Of a stretch of DNA of 64,000 nt, positions 8,881-19,243 are shown one piece after another. Made by a program: the position numbers and the translations under genes. Source of the DNA: Gemmatimonadales bacterium (GTDB taxonomy: Bacteria; Gemmatimonadota; Gemmatimonadetes; Gemmatimonadales; GWC2-71-9); contig JBBCJC010000005.1 in NCBI GenBank assembly GCA_037189525.1, positions 480,001 through 544,000 on the forward strand, in the 5' to 3' direction. Every line of letters starts with the position of its first letter. Within the stretch, counting starts at the first letter, position 1. The notes below the pieces were generated by a model, which was not told where the DNA came from, ran no database searches, and was given only the letters and a program-made list of their open reading frames with translations.

Positions 8881-10508
8881 GCCGTTGGTAACTCCACCCG
8901 AAATGTGGTCCCCTTCCCGACGGTCGTCTCCACGGCAAGCGATCCGCCCAGGTCGCTCACCAGGCGACGAACGACCGACAGGCCGAGCCCGGTGCCGTGC
9001 GGCTTGGTGGTAAAGAAGTCATCGAAAGCGCGCTTGAGTTCCTCCGGCGTCATCCCCGCTCCTGAATCGACGATTTCGATCGCGACCTCTCCCGGCGAGC
9101 CCGGACGGACCCGGAGTACGACCTGCCCGGCTGGCGCCGCTGCATCGACGGCGTTGCCCACCAGATTCTCGAGGATGCGCCGCACCGATATCGGATCGGC
9201 CCGCAGCATCGGCTCCGGAGTCATCGACTCGGTCCGAATCACCACACCATCCCGTGCCGCTCCCTGAGCCAACTCCGCGATCAGGCGGTTCAACTCCACC
9301 CCGGCCGGCCCCGATGCAGGCGATAGCTTGGCATAGTTGCGCGCCAGGTCCTCCAGGTAAACGACACTCGACTCCATCGTGCCGCGACGCGCGCGGTAGA
9401 CATCGGCCAGTTGCTCCGGATTCTGATCGACCGTCTGCCCGAAATGACGAATCGCGTGGCGAATGGGTGCCAGGCCGTTCTTAATGTCGTGGGTCACCTG
9501 CCGCGCCAGGTCGCCGACGGCGGCACGGCGCTCCGATTCGCGCAGACGGGCGGCGCCTGCCCGAAGACGAGAAGTCATTGCCCCGAGGAGACGGCTCAAT
9601 CCGCCAATCTCGTCGTCCCGATCGGTGTCGAAGGTAACGTCCAACCGATCCAGATCGACGCGCTCGGTCTTCTCCGCCAGCTCCGTAATCGGGCGCGCCA
9701 GCGCATTCGCCACGATCACGGCAATGCCAACTGCAATCAACAACGCCAGGCCCAGGACGATGACAAACCAGCGATCAACCCGCCGGGTCAGCTCACGAGC
9801 CGGAGCCGGATCTCGTACGATGGCTACCACCCCCGACTCCACTCGCTCCGTGCTCTCATCGATCATCAGCACCGGGATCCGCGCGGCAACCAGATCCGGC
9901 AGCTGCGCATTGTCAACCAGTGCGGCGCGCACTTCGGGATCCGTTCCGATCCCGGCAATGGCCATCGAATCGAATGCTGTTCCGCCGACCAGGAAGTACC
10001 GGTGTCCGAGTATCGCAAACGAGTCGACGACCGCCAGGACACTGCGTTCGCCCTCCGCCGTCCGCACCCGGGCCAGCGAAAGACTGTCCCTTCGATTTCT
10101 GAGCGCCTGCGGCACGAACGGCGCCGCTCGACCGTAATCGTTCCGAAACTGCCCCGAACTCAGCACTCGTCCCGCGCTATCGTGAAGGGTCAGGGATGCG
10201 AGACCCGCCAGCCGCATTGCGTTCCCGGCCCAGTCGAGCAACCAACCCGATTCGGCGCCTCCAAGCCGGGCCAGGCGGAACCGGTTGTCGGCCGCAAGGT
10301 CGCTGCCCAGCTGCTGGACCCGCGACCGGACACGATCGCGCTCCGCACGCAATTCCGATTCGATCGTCGACGCCAGCGCGCCGACCCGCCTGCTTCCCTC
10401 TTCCTCCAGCCGGGTCTGCATTTCCGCGCGGACCCGCCAACCGAACAGGGCCAGAGGCAACACCGCAACGGCGGCAAACGCGAGGATGAGGCGAGTCCGG
10501 AAGGTCAC
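8877..10508 (-). CDS. Sensor histidine kinase (HAMP, NtrY-like)
   Basis: ARQVTHDIKNGLAP H-box, NLVGNAVDA, DSGAGM, FFTTKPHGTGLGL. Coupled to the bEBP gene. Confidence 0.92.
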   Translation of the reverse strand: MTFRTRLILAFAAVAVLPLALFGWRVRAEMQTRLEEEGSRRVGALASTIESELRAERDRVRSRVQQLGSDLAADNRFRLARLGGAESGWLLDWAGNAMRLAGLASLTLHDSAGRVLSSGQFRNDYGRAAPFVPQALRNRRDSLSLARVRTAEGERSVLAVVDSFAILGHRYFLVGGTAFDSMAIAGIGTDPEVRAALVDNAQLPDLVAARIPVLMIDESTERVESGVVAIVRDPAPARELTRRVDRWFVIVLGLALLIAVGIAVIVANALARPITELAEKTERVDLDRLDVTFDTDRDDEIGGLSRLLGAMTSRLRAGAARLRESERRAAVGDLARQVTHDIKNGLAPIRHAIRHFGQTVDQNPEQLADVYRARRGTMESSVVYLEDLARNYAKLSPASGPAGVELNRLIAELAQGAARDGVVIRTESMTPEPMLRADPISVRRILENLVGNAVDAAAPAGQVVLRVRPGSPGEVAIEIVDSGAGMTPEELKRAFDDFFTTKPHGTGLGLSVVRRLVSDLGGSLAVETTVGKGTTFRVELPTA

Positions 10509-11530
10509 GGCAGCGCCACCGACTCGAATCCGATCAACTCCCCCGGCAGCCATCGCAACGGTGGAACCCCGCGCCGGACGATCACCGCTCCGCTGACGGC
10601 CACCAGCGGCGCTACACGGGCGCCTAACGGTGCCAGGCAGCCCACCGTCGCCGCCGAGTAGCCCGGCACGACGACGACGGCCACTTCCCCGCGCGCGATG
10701 ACTCGCCGCAGCTCGGCGACCGATGCCACCGGCTCAGCGCGCACCCGCGGTCCCATCGCCGCCACCCATCGGGGGCGCGCGACGCCACCCGAAAGCGAGG
10801 CGACCCGTTCGGCCAGCTGCCTGGCGACCTCGTCGTCCGCCGGATAGGCAACGACCGACCGCCGTTGCCCACCGCCGTCGGCGCGGGTGAGCGGACAGCC
10901 GGCATCAACGCGATCCTCCGACAGCGGTGCGGCAGCCTCACGGACCGCGTGTGCGGCCAGGTCGGATCGATCGGTTGCAGAGGGATCGTCGACGCGGTCA
11001 CCATCGATCGTGACGAGATAGTAGGCGCGCCGAGGGCCGGTCGGCAGCAACATGAACTCGGGATGCTGCGCGGCGTACTGGATGGTCCGCGCATCGATCG
11101 CGAAGACCAGATCGGCCCCGCGATCGAGTTGGTCACGAAGATCACCGTTGGAACGGGCACGGCGCACCTCGATCGACGACGGACCCCGCGAGCCGCTGCT
11201 TCGGACCAACCGGGTATCCGTCTCGCCCTCCCGAGGGACGACAGCGTACGGCGCTTCCCGCTCAGCCAGCCGGTGCGGAACACCACGGCAATCGACTTCG
11301 TCGGCGCCGGGAGCCAGCAGGCGGGAAATGAAACGATCGCCCGCGCTGCTGTCACCATCGGCCAGCGGAGGCTCGGCCAGAACGACCCGGATCGTGTCGA
11401 GCAACGCGCGTCCTGGATCGGCCAGGAAGACGCACGGATCACCGAGCGGCGCGGGCGGTCCGCTCGAACGGGCACTGCACGCCGCCATCCACGCGAGCAC
11501 CCCCGCTGCCACCGCCCGGCGGAAGATCAG
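10505..11530 (-). CDS. Hypothetical lipoprotein, possibly a solute-binding-like sensory partner
   Basis: Fills the gap between peptidase and kinase with overlapping ends; lipobox-like WMAAC. Start uncertain. Confidence 0.55.
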   Translation of the reverse strand: MIFRRAVAAGVLAWMAACSARSSGPPAPLGDPCVFLADPGRALLDTIRVVLAEPPLADGDSSAGDRFISRLLAPGADEVDCRGVPHRLAEREAPYAVVPREGETDTRLVRSSGSRGPSSIEVRRARSNGDLRDQLDRGADLVFAIDARTIQYAAQHPEFMLLPTGPRRAYYLVTIDGDRVDDPSATDRSDLAAHAVREAAAPLSEDRVDAGCPLTRADGGGQRRSVVAYPADDEVARQLAERVASLSGGVARPRWVAAMGPRVRAEPVASVAELRRVIARGEVAVVVVPGYSAATVGCLAPLGARVAPLVAVSGAVIVRRGVPPLRWLPGELIGFESVALP

Positions 11531-13086
11531 CGCGGCGCTCCCCCGGAACTCCGCCGCGCCTGGCCGCAGGCGGGCCACTGCTGCGGCCGACCGTCGGGGC
11601 CTGCGGGCAGCACGCGACGATCGCGGGGCACTCGTTCCGGATCTTCAGACGCCAGGTACGCAAGCATCGCCGCCAGGGTGGCGTTGTTGCGCAGATCGTC
11701 GAACACGATCTTGTCGTAGGTATCCCGATTGGTGTGCCAGGTGTACTGCCGGTAGTCGGGATAATTCGACTGGAGCCGGAAGGCGGGCGCGCCGGCGCAC
11801 AGGAACGACATGTGATCGCTGCCGCCCCGCTCGGGTTCACCCGGCAGGTCGAGATCGATCAGGCTCTCGATTTCCGGCGGAATTCGGCTCAGCCAGCGGC
11901 CGAAATGCCCGCCCGCGCTGGTCAGCCCCATCATCCGGATGTACTCGATCCGCCAGGTTCCGTTGTCCTGATTGAACGAGGTCTGCAACCCGTCGACTAC
12001 CTTGGGATTGTCTTCGGCAAAGGCGCGGGAGCCGATCAGCCCCTGCTCCTCCCCGCCCCAGTGCCCGACCAGGATGGTTCGCTTGGGCGTCGGATAGGCC
12101 AGCTTGAGGAGACGCATGGCCTCCATCATCATCACGGTCCCCGTCCCGTTGTCGGTCGCACCCGAAGCGCCGTCCCACGAATCGAGGTGCGCCGAGAGCA
12201 GGACGTATTCGTCGGGCTTCTCGCTGCCCTTGATCTCGCCGATCACATTGAACATCGGCTGCTCACCGAGCGCCTCCGACCGGGCATCGAGCCGCATCCG
12301 GGGGCCCTGATTGTTCTGGGCCAGACGGAAGAGCAAGCCATAGTCTTCGCAACTCAGATCCAGCGCGGGAATCTGCCGGGTCGGCGCATTGAACACCTTG
12401 TTCACGCCCCAGCCGGCAGACCAGAGCGTCGTCAGAATCCCCGCGGCCCCGGCCCGTTCGATGGCTGCCCCGGCTCCACGCCCCAGACGCCGCATCCGAT
12501 CGTTCCAGGCCCGCCGCTGCTCGTCCCGCGCGGCCTTCATTCTCGCCACCGTTTCCGGTCGCGCCAGGCGTTCCCAGTTCTCGTCGGGGCGGCAGGTCAA
12601 CTCCGCCGGCGACCACAACACGAACTTCCCGCGCACGCTGGGCAACCAGGCCGCAAAGGCGGTCGAGTCGCGTACGTCCGGGAGCAGGACGACTTCGCCT
12701 TCGACCGGTCGCGACGTCCCCGCGCTCCAAGCCAGCATCGTGGCCTCGAGGGTCCGCTGCCGCGGGGCAATCAGGTCGGCATGGGTGTGGCCCCGCCGCC
12801 ATCCCTCCCAGGTGCCGTACTGTTCCTTGCGGGCCGTGATCCCCCATTGCCGATAGACCGACGCCACCCAGTCGGCCGACCCCGCGTAGGCCGGCGACCC
12901 CGACAGCCGAGGGCCGATCGAATCGAGCAGCACCTGGGCAAGCCGTTCCACCTGGGAGCGTTCGGTCATCCCCTCCGCCCAGATCCGGCGGATCACCGCA
13001 TCGTCGGTCGGAAAGGTCTGGGCCACGGCGCCAGGCGCCACAGCCAACGTGAGAGCGAGCAGCACGGGAGTGCGAACGATCGTCAT
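11527..13086 (-). CDS. M28 family Zn peptidase (carboxypeptidase Q-like)
   Basis: Signal peptide, SAHLDSWD, GATDNGTG, GEEQGLIGS, GGSDHMSF, WHTNRDTYDK. Confidence 0.93.
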   Translation of the reverse strand: MTIVRTPVLLALTLAVAPGAVAQTFPTDDAVIRRIWAEGMTERSQVERLAQVLLDSIGPRLSGSPAYAGSADWVASVYRQWGITARKEQYGTWEGWRRGHTHADLIAPRQRTLEATMLAWSAGTSRPVEGEVVLLPDVRDSTAFAAWLPSVRGKFVLWSPAELTCRPDENWERLARPETVARMKAARDEQRRAWNDRMRRLGRGAGAAIERAGAAGILTTLWSAGWGVNKVFNAPTRQIPALDLSCEDYGLLFRLAQNNQGPRMRLDARSEALGEQPMFNVIGEIKGSEKPDEYVLLSAHLDSWDGASGATDNGTGTVMMMEAMRLLKLAYPTPKRTILVGHWGGEEQGLIGSRAFAEDNPKVVDGLQTSFNQDNGTWRIEYIRMMGLTSAGGHFGRWLSRIPPEIESLIDLDLPGEPERGGSDHMSFLCAGAPAFRLQSNYPDYRQYTWHTNRDTYDKIVFDDLRNNATLAAMLAYLASEDPERVPRDRRVLPAGPDGRPQQWPACGQARRSSGGAPR

Positions 13087-13286
13087 GACACCTGCCTTGC
13101 GTTGGGATCCGCCATCCAGCCGGGTCCATTCCGGACCGCCTGCAATCCGTTAAGCATAGTCACGCCGCGGCCGCTTCTGGACTGCAATCCCGGCCGCCGG
13201 GCACCGTCGGCTCCCTTGCAATCGCGCCACGACGGCAGGAGACTTCCAGAGATCGATCGAATGCCACCTGTCTCCGGAGAGGTCCA

Positions 13287-13841
13287 TTGGGGCTTGCGCT
13301 GCTTGCCACGCTGGTCGTCGTGGGCGTGTATGTGGTGGTCGGCTACAACGGGCTGACCCGGCTCCGCCTGCTCGCGGATAACGCCTGGTCGGATATCGAC
13401 GTCCAGCTCAAACGGCGGCACGACCTGATCCCGAGCCTGGTAGCCACGGTGCAGGGACACGCCGGTTACGAGAAGAGCACCCTCGAAGCTGTCATCACCG
13501 CGCGGAACCGGGCCATGGCCGCGTCAGGCCCCGCCGCGATGGCCCCAGCCGAGGCCGATATCGCGGGCGCAGTGAAGCACATCCTGGCGCTGGCCGAGGC
13601 GTATCCGGATCTCAAGGCCGGGGAGAGCTTCCTGTCGCTGCAGCGGAACCTGACGGAGATCGAGGAGCAGGTTCAGCAGGCGCGCCGCTACTACAATGCC
13701 GTCGTCCGCGACCTCAATACCAGCATCGCTCAGTTCCCCAGCAACCTCATCGCCGGCGCCTTCCGCATTTCGCCTCGCGAATTCTTCGGTCTCGACACGC
13801 CGGCGGAAAGCGCGGCTCCGCGGATCGAGCTTGACCCATGA
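13287..13841 (+). CDS. lemA: LemA family protein
   Basis: NAWSDIDVQLKRRHDLIPSLV, EAYPDLKA, ARRYYNAVV, FPSNLIA. TTG start after GAGG. Confidence 0.95.
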   Translation: MGLALLATLVVVGVYVVVGYNGLTRLRLLADNAWSDIDVQLKRRHDLIPSLVATVQGHAGYEKSTLEAVITARNRAMAASGPAAMAPAEADIAGAVKHILALAEAYPDLKAGESFLSLQRNLTEIEEQVQQARRYYNAVVRDLNTSIAQFPSNLIAGAFRISPREFFGLDTPAESAAPRIELDP

Positions 13842-15568
13842 GAGTTTGCCTCGTAGTCGCCCTGGCCATCGTACTTGGCGGTCCGACGACAGCCTGGGGG
13901 TCCCCCGCTGCGCAGCCGGCGCGCTCGCTCGTCCTGGCGCGCTTCGACGCCGCCATCACGGTCCGGCCGACCGGGGAACTCGAGGTGACGGAGACGATCG
14001 CGGCCCGGTTCACCGGAGTATGGAACGGCATCTACCGTTCGATCCCGGTCGAGTATCGAACCTCGACCGGCTTCAACTGGCGAGTCCGGCTCGAGCTGCA
14101 GTCGATCACCAACGACGACGGCGAGCCTCTCTCCTACGAGACGAGCCGGGAGCGGCACTACCGGAAGTTCAAGATCTGGGTGCCGAACGCCGAGGATGCG
14201 GTCCGCACCGTGGTGATCAAATACGTGGTCCACGGCGGACTTCGGTTTTTCGAGGAGCACGACGAGCTCTACTGGAACATCACGGGCGACGAGTGGGACG
14301 TCCCGATCGAAGCCGCCTCGGCGCGAATCACCCTTCCCGATGCGGCGCGGGGCATTCGCGCCACCGCCTTCAACGGCGCCTACGGTTCGACCGCGCGAGA
14401 CGCGCTGGTGGAGATTCGGGCCAACCAGGTCCGGATCACGATGCCCACCGCGCTGGCATTCCGGGAGGGGTTAACGGCCGTGGTGGGATGGGACAAGGGC
14501 GCGGTGCCCGAGCCCACCCGGACCGACCGTGCCCTCGGCTTTCTGGCGACCAACTGGCCGCTGCTGATTCCGGTGCCGGTCTTCATCGCCATGCTGCTCA
14601 CCTGGCGCGCGCGGGGCCGCGACCCTGCCCGGCTGCCGGTGTCGGTCCAGTACACCGCCCCCGAAGGGCTCTCACCCGCCGAAGCCGGTACCCTAATCGA
14701 CAACCGCGTCGACATGCGCGACATCACCGCGACGGTCGTCGACCTGGCGGTCAACGGGCACCTCAAGATCGAGGAGCGGAAAGAGCCCAAGGTCTTCGGC
14801 CTGTTCGAACGCGACGACTTCGTCTTTCATCGCCTCCGCACCGAGGGCGACCGTCCCGCGCTCCGCCCGCACGAGTCCCGCGTACTGGCGGGGATCTTTT
14901 CGGGCAACGATACCTCAGTCGCGCTTTCGGAGCTGCAGAACAAATTTTATTCGCACCTGCCGGCCATCCGCCAATCGATCTTTACCGAACTGGTGCGCAA
15001 GAAGTACTACCAGCGCCGTCCCGACTCGGTGCAGGCGCTCTGGGTCGGTCTCGGCATTGCCGCCGGCGCGCTGATTGCCATCGGCGGCGCCATGATCTCG
15101 GCGGTGTTCGACCTGACCCCGGTTCCGTTCCTGATTGCCGGCGCCATCTCGGCCGTCATCATGGTGGGATTCGGTATCGTGATGCCGGCGCGCACGGTGG
15201 CCGGCGCGCGCGCGCTCGAACGGGTGCTCGGCTTCGAAGAGTTTCTGGAGCGGGTGGAGAGCGATCGCCTGGATCGGGTCGGCAGGACGCCCGAACTGTT
15301 CGAGCGATGCCTGCCGTATGCGATGGCGTTTGGGGTCGAGAAACAGTGGGCCAACGCGTTTCACGACATCTACCGAGAGCCGCCGAACTGGTACACCGGC
15401 CGCTCGATGACCACGTTCAATGCTGCCACCTTCTCGAGCCGGCTCAGCGCCATGTCGAGCCAGGCGTCGTCGACCATGAGTTCGTCGCCGCGGAGTTCGA
15501 GCGGCTCCGGCTTCAGCGGCGGATCATCCGGCGGCGGCGGAGGTGGCGGCGGCGGGGGCGGGTTCTAG
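13838..15568 (+). CDS. DUF2207 membrane protein
   Basis: ELYWNITGDEWDVPI, LPYAMAFGV, Gly/Ser tail GGGGGGGGGGF; typical lemA partner. Confidence 0.9.
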   Translation: MRVCLVVALAIVLGGPTTAWGSPAAQPARSLVLARFDAAITVRPTGELEVTETIAARFTGVWNGIYRSIPVEYRTSTGFNWRVRLELQSITNDDGEPLSYETSRERHYRKFKIWVPNAEDAVRTVVIKYVVHGGLRFFEEHDELYWNITGDEWDVPIEAASARITLPDAARGIRATAFNGAYGSTARDALVEIRANQVRITMPTALAFREGLTAVVGWDKGAVPEPTRTDRALGFLATNWPLLIPVPVFIAMLLTWRARGRDPARLPVSVQYTAPEGLSPAEAGTLIDNRVDMRDITATVVDLAVNGHLKIEERKEPKVFGLFERDDFVFHRLRTEGDRPALRPHESRVLAGIFSGNDTSVALSELQNKFYSHLPAIRQSIFTELVRKKYYQRRPDSVQALWVGLGIAAGALIAIGGAMISAVFDLTPVPFLIAGAISAVIMVGFGIVMPARTVAGARALERVLGFEEFLERVESDRLDRVGRTPELFERCLPYAMAFGVEKQWANAFHDIYREPPNWYTGRSMTTFNAATFSSRLSAMSSQASSTMSSSPRSSSGSGFSGGSSGGGGGGGGGGGF

Positions 15569-15574
15569 CGCGGC

Positions 15575-16975
15575 CTAACGCCCCCGCGAGGGTGGACGCT
15601 TCGAACTGTGATTCCGGGGTCCTTTACGCCGGCCCTGACCGGCCGGAGACCCTGACCGCGTGCCACTGTCCGGACGCGAGGGCTCCCGGCGAGACGATGG
15701 GGGTCGCCGCTCGCCCTGCTGCTCCCGCTGCCGCTGTGCGGCTTCACGCCGCGCCGCATTGGCCTTGGCCCGAACCCGGTCTTCGGCCTTCCGGGCGCGA
15801 ATTTCGGCAATCCGCTGCGCCAGGGGAACTTCGAGCGGCGCATCGGCGCGCGAGGTCAGGTCGAAATCGGGCAGCGTGATCCGCGGCAAGCGCTTCCCGA
15901 TGGCATGTTCGATCCGCCGCAGATCGCCCTCTTCCTCCGGTGACACGAAGGTGAAGGCTTCACCGGTCGCCTCGGCGCGCGCCGTGCGTCCGACCCGGTG
16001 GATGTAATCTTCCGCCACCTCCGGCACGTCGAAATTGACGACATGCCCCAGCGCTTCGACGTCGATGCCCCGAGCCGCGATATCCGTGGCCACCAGCACC
16101 CGATGGGTCCCGTCCTTGAAGCCCGCCAGCGCCGCCGTCCGCTGCGCCTGCGACCGATTGCCGTGAATCCGCTCGGCGGCAATCTTCTCACGCACGAGGA
16201 ACTTGGTCAGCCGATCGGCGCGGTGCTTGGTGCGCGTAAAGACCAGGGCCTCGCGCATCTCACCGCGCTCGAGCAGCGTGGCCAGCAACGCGGCCTTTCG
16301 GTCCTGAGGCACCGGATACACCGCCTGGGTGATCCCGACCGCCGGAGCCGACTGCCGCTCGACGTTGATGGTGGCCGGCGCATTCAGGATCTCACGCGCC
16401 AGCGTGGCGATCTCCTTGGGCATCGTGGCGCTGAACAACATCGTCTGCCGCTTGGTGGGGAGATGGCGCAGCACCCGGCGGATGTCCGGCAGGAACCCCA
16501 TGTCGAGCATCCGATCGGCCTCGTCCAGCACCAGAAACTCGATCCGATCGAGCTTGGCATACGGCGCTTTGAGATGATCGAGCAGGCGGCCCGGTGTCGC
16601 GACGATCACGTCGACCCCGACGCGGAAGGCATGCTCCTGCGGGCCCATCCCCACGCCGCCGAATACCGCGGCGGCCGTGAGCGGCGTATGGACGGCCATG
16701 TCGTTCAGGTTCTCGAGGATCTGGGCCGCCAGTTCCCGGGTCGGCGTCAGCACGAGGGCGCGCGTCGTGCCCCGCGGACGACTCAGCAGGCGATGCAGGA
16801 TCGGCAGAATGAAGGCGGCCGTCTTGCCGCTGCCCGTCATGGCGCACGCCAGCAGGTCCCGCCCTTCCAGCGCGAGAGGAATGGCGTCGGTCTGGATCGG
16901 CGTCGGGCGCGTATATCCCAACTCCTTGAGACCGGTGAGCAGACTGCGATCGAGCTTGAGACCTGAAAACGGCAC
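15575..16975 (-). CDS. DEAD-box RNA helicase (RhlE-like)
   Basis: PTPIQ, TGSGKT, PTRELA, DEADRMLDMGF, SAT, ARGID, HRVGRTAR. GTG start after GGAG. Confidence 0.95.
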   Translation of the reverse strand: MPFSGLKLDRSLLTGLKELGYTRPTPIQTDAIPLALEGRDLLACAMTGSGKTAAFILPILHRLLSRPRGTTRALVLTPTRELAAQILENLNDMAVHTPLTAAAVFGGVGMGPQEHAFRVGVDVIVATPGRLLDHLKAPYAKLDRIEFLVLDEADRMLDMGFLPDIRRVLRHLPTKRQTMLFSATMPKEIATLAREILNAPATINVERQSAPAVGITQAVYPVPQDRKAALLATLLERGEMREALVFTRTKHRADRLTKFLVREKIAAERIHGNRSQAQRTAALAGFKDGTHRVLVATDIAARGIDVEALGHVVNFDVPEVAEDYIHRVGRTARAEATGEAFTFVSPEEEGDLRRIEHAIGKRLPRITLPDFDLTSRADAPLEVPLAQRIAEIRARKAEDRVRAKANAARREAAQRQREQQGERRPPSSRREPSRPDSGTRSGSPAGQGRRKGPRNHSSKRPPSRGR

Positions 16976-17140
16976 GACAACTCCAGGATACGGTACGGAA
17001 TCAACCTGCATCGACGCCGCCCAATCTAAGCGGGCCTGGCCGCTCCCGGGCTATTTCGAGGCCCCGATCCAAAGTCCGTCAGCTGGACGGCACCCGGTGA
17101 GACTACCTTTCCGATCTATCATTTTTTCCGAGTTAGTTAG

Positions 17141-18415
17141 ATGCGAATCGACCTGAGCACGTCGGCCGTTCTGGCCCTCCTGGTGTCAGCCCTGTCCGGC
17201 TGCGGCAAGGCGCCCGAGGGCCGGACCACGGCCTCCACCAGCGACAGCGCCGGCATCCGAATCGTCAACAACGGCCAGGGCAGCTGGCAGGACGGTGAGG
17301 CCTGGACGATCGATGCCACTCCGCTCGTGAGCATTGCCGGGACGCCCGACGCCGAACTGACCCAGATCGTCGGCGCCGTATTGCGCCACGACGGGAGCCT
17401 TGCGGCCGCGTCCGCTCTAGCCAACGCGATCCGCTTCTTCGACGCGTCGGGACAACCGATCGGCACGCTGGGACGCCCGGGGAGCGGCCCCGGTGAGTTT
17501 CAGGCCTTGTCCGGCGTCTGGACTGCCGCCGGCGATTCGCTCGTCGCGGCGGACGTCATGACCCAGCGGCTCACGGTCATCACCCCAGACGGGAAAGCGG
17601 GACGCGCCTACGCCCTGGGCGGCCAATCGAGCCTGGCCCCCGGCGAGGGCGGCCGGATGGCATTTGCCGTACCGATGGGCGCCCTGACCGACGGGTCCGT
17701 CATCGGCCAGCGGCTCAACTTCACGATCGGCGAACAGCGCGAATCGGTCAGCCGGGATACCGTGACCTTCATCCGCTACGCACCTGACGGCACCGCGGCC
17801 GACACGATTGCCTCGGTACCCGGAACCGAAACGACCCAGGTCACCGTCACCTTCGGAACCCAGACCATCCCCATCCCGACGCCCGTTCCGCTCGGCAAGC
17901 AGACCGTCGCCGGGATCCGCGGTAACCACGTGTTTCTGGCGCAGAACAATGCCTGGGAGATCGAACGGTACCGACCGGATGGCACGCTCGACCTGCTGAG
18001 CCGCGCCCCGGTCCAGGCCATTCGGCTCACGGCCAACGACGTCTCCGTCCACCGCGCCGAATGGCGGGAGATGCTCGAGGCGGTACCACAGATGCGAGCG
18101 GCGCCGGCCCAATTCAAGACGCAATACCTGACCCAGCTCGATCAGATCCGCTATCCGGAAGCGATGCTGTGGATCCAGGGCCTCTTCCCCGCGCCGGACG
18201 GTGGCGTCTGGGTCGAAGAGGCGGTCCGGCCCGGGATCAAGCAGCGGCAGTTTGCCGTGCTCGGGGTCGATGGGGTGCTCCTGGGCCGGCTGTCGGCACC
18301 AGCCGGATTTCGATTGATCCAGGTCGAGAGCGACCGGGTGGTGGGAGTCTGGACCGACGACGATGGCCTGGAGCATGTCCGGGTCCATCGGATCCTCAAG
18401 CCTGGAGCTAGCTGA
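17141..18415 (+). CDS. 6-bladed beta-propeller lipoprotein
   Basis: Lipobox LSGC, DSAGIRIVNN, GRPGSGPGEF repeat motif. Confidence 0.8.
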   Translation: MRIDLSTSAVLALLVSALSGCGKAPEGRTTASTSDSAGIRIVNNGQGSWQDGEAWTIDATPLVSIAGTPDAELTQIVGAVLRHDGSLAAASALANAIRFFDASGQPIGTLGRPGSGPGEFQALSGVWTAAGDSLVAADVMTQRLTVITPDGKAGRAYALGGQSSLAPGEGGRMAFAVPMGALTDGSVIGQRLNFTIGEQRESVSRDTVTFIRYAPDGTAADTIASVPGTETTQVTVTFGTQTIPIPTPVPLGKQTVAGIRGNHVFLAQNNAWEIERYRPDGTLDLLSRAPVQAIRLTANDVSVHRAEWREMLEAVPQMRAAPAQFKTQYLTQLDQIRYPEAMLWIQGLFPAPDGGVWVEEAVRPGIKQRQFAVLGVDGVLLGRLSAPAGFRLIQVESDRVVGVWTDDDGLEHVRVHRILKPGAS

Positions 18416-18815
18416 GCACAAACAGTTTGAGCAGGCCGTAGCCACCCGCGGCCGCAGCCAGCGCACCAAGGGCCCCCAGGGTGAGCCTGACCGTCTGCGA
18501 CCGATCAGCCCACCACGCCGACAGCCGTTCGCCGACATCGCGGACCCTGAGCTCGGCCCGGTCGAGGAAGGTCGCCAGAGGCCGGATATCGCTGGCGATC
18601 AGGCCGAGCCCGAGAGCGACGATGAGCCAACCGGGACCCGGCGCCGGGATCAGGAAGGCGCCGGCCGTGGTAATCGCCAGCCCGCCCGCCATCCGCGCCA
18701 CCCGCGCCGCGAACGACGGCCCGCCCTTCCGGGTGCGCCGATAACGCTCGCGAAACCGCCGGCCTGGCTGCGCATCGCGCAGAAGTTGCCACTCTCGCTT
18801 GATCGATTCCAGCAT
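18408..18815 (-). CDS. PGPGW domain membrane protein
   Basis: LIPAPGPGWLIVALGLGLIA motif. Confidence 0.85.
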   Translation of the reverse strand: MLESIKREWQLLRDAQPGRRFRERYRRTRKGGPSFAARVARMAGGLAITTAGAFLIPAPGPGWLIVALGLGLIASDIRPLATFLDRAELRVRDVGERLSAWWADRSQTVRLTLGALGALAAAAGGYGLLKLFVLS

Positions 18816-19031
18816 TCTCCCTACCGCATGATGACTTCAATACATGACGTCCTGTCGTCCCAATCTAGCGACAGTGACCCATCCCAGGGACACAACTGGC
18901 TGAGAAGCCGTCTCGACGGTAAGAATCTAATTCCTTATAAAACAACAAGTTAGGCAAATCGGAAGTGCTGGCCCGATTCTTTCTATACGGGAGGGAAATG
19001 AGTCGACTTGCCAAGAAATCGGATCTCGAAT

Positions 19032-19190
19032 ATGCCCACCAATCAGCTCACCAGCCAACTCCTGCCCACGGTGTTCATCGCGACGACCTCACTCCCGTGG
19101 CCGGGCCAGATGCCGCCGGCAACTCAGATCCAGGCCTTACCGCAGCCGCTGGATCGCACCAGCAATCGAACGTTCCTGGCCGTCCGCTGA
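19032..19190 (+). CDS. Small hypothetical protein (52 aa)
   Basis: MPTNQLTSQLL...FLAVR; third codon positions are mostly G/C like host genes, unlike the overlapping frame. Confidence 0.45.
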   Translation: MPTNQLTSQLLPTVFIATTSLPWPGQMPPATQIQALPQPLDRTSNRTFLAVR

Positions 19191-19243
19191 ACTCGATCAG
19201 CGGACGACCCGGTACGGCTCGATACACTCTGCAGTAAAGACGA

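Noticed and set aside
7582..9267. Long antisense or alternate-frame ORFs (also 11734-13356, 13696-15879, 25423-27189, 50399-52348, 55800-57743)
   Set aside because: Shadow ORFs of well-supported genes in stop-poor high-GC DNA, with no recognisable motifs.
18965..19237. 90-aa ORF with a GGAGGG RBS before its internal ATG
   Set aside because: Codon usage is atypical; the overlapping frame 19032-19190 fits the host better.
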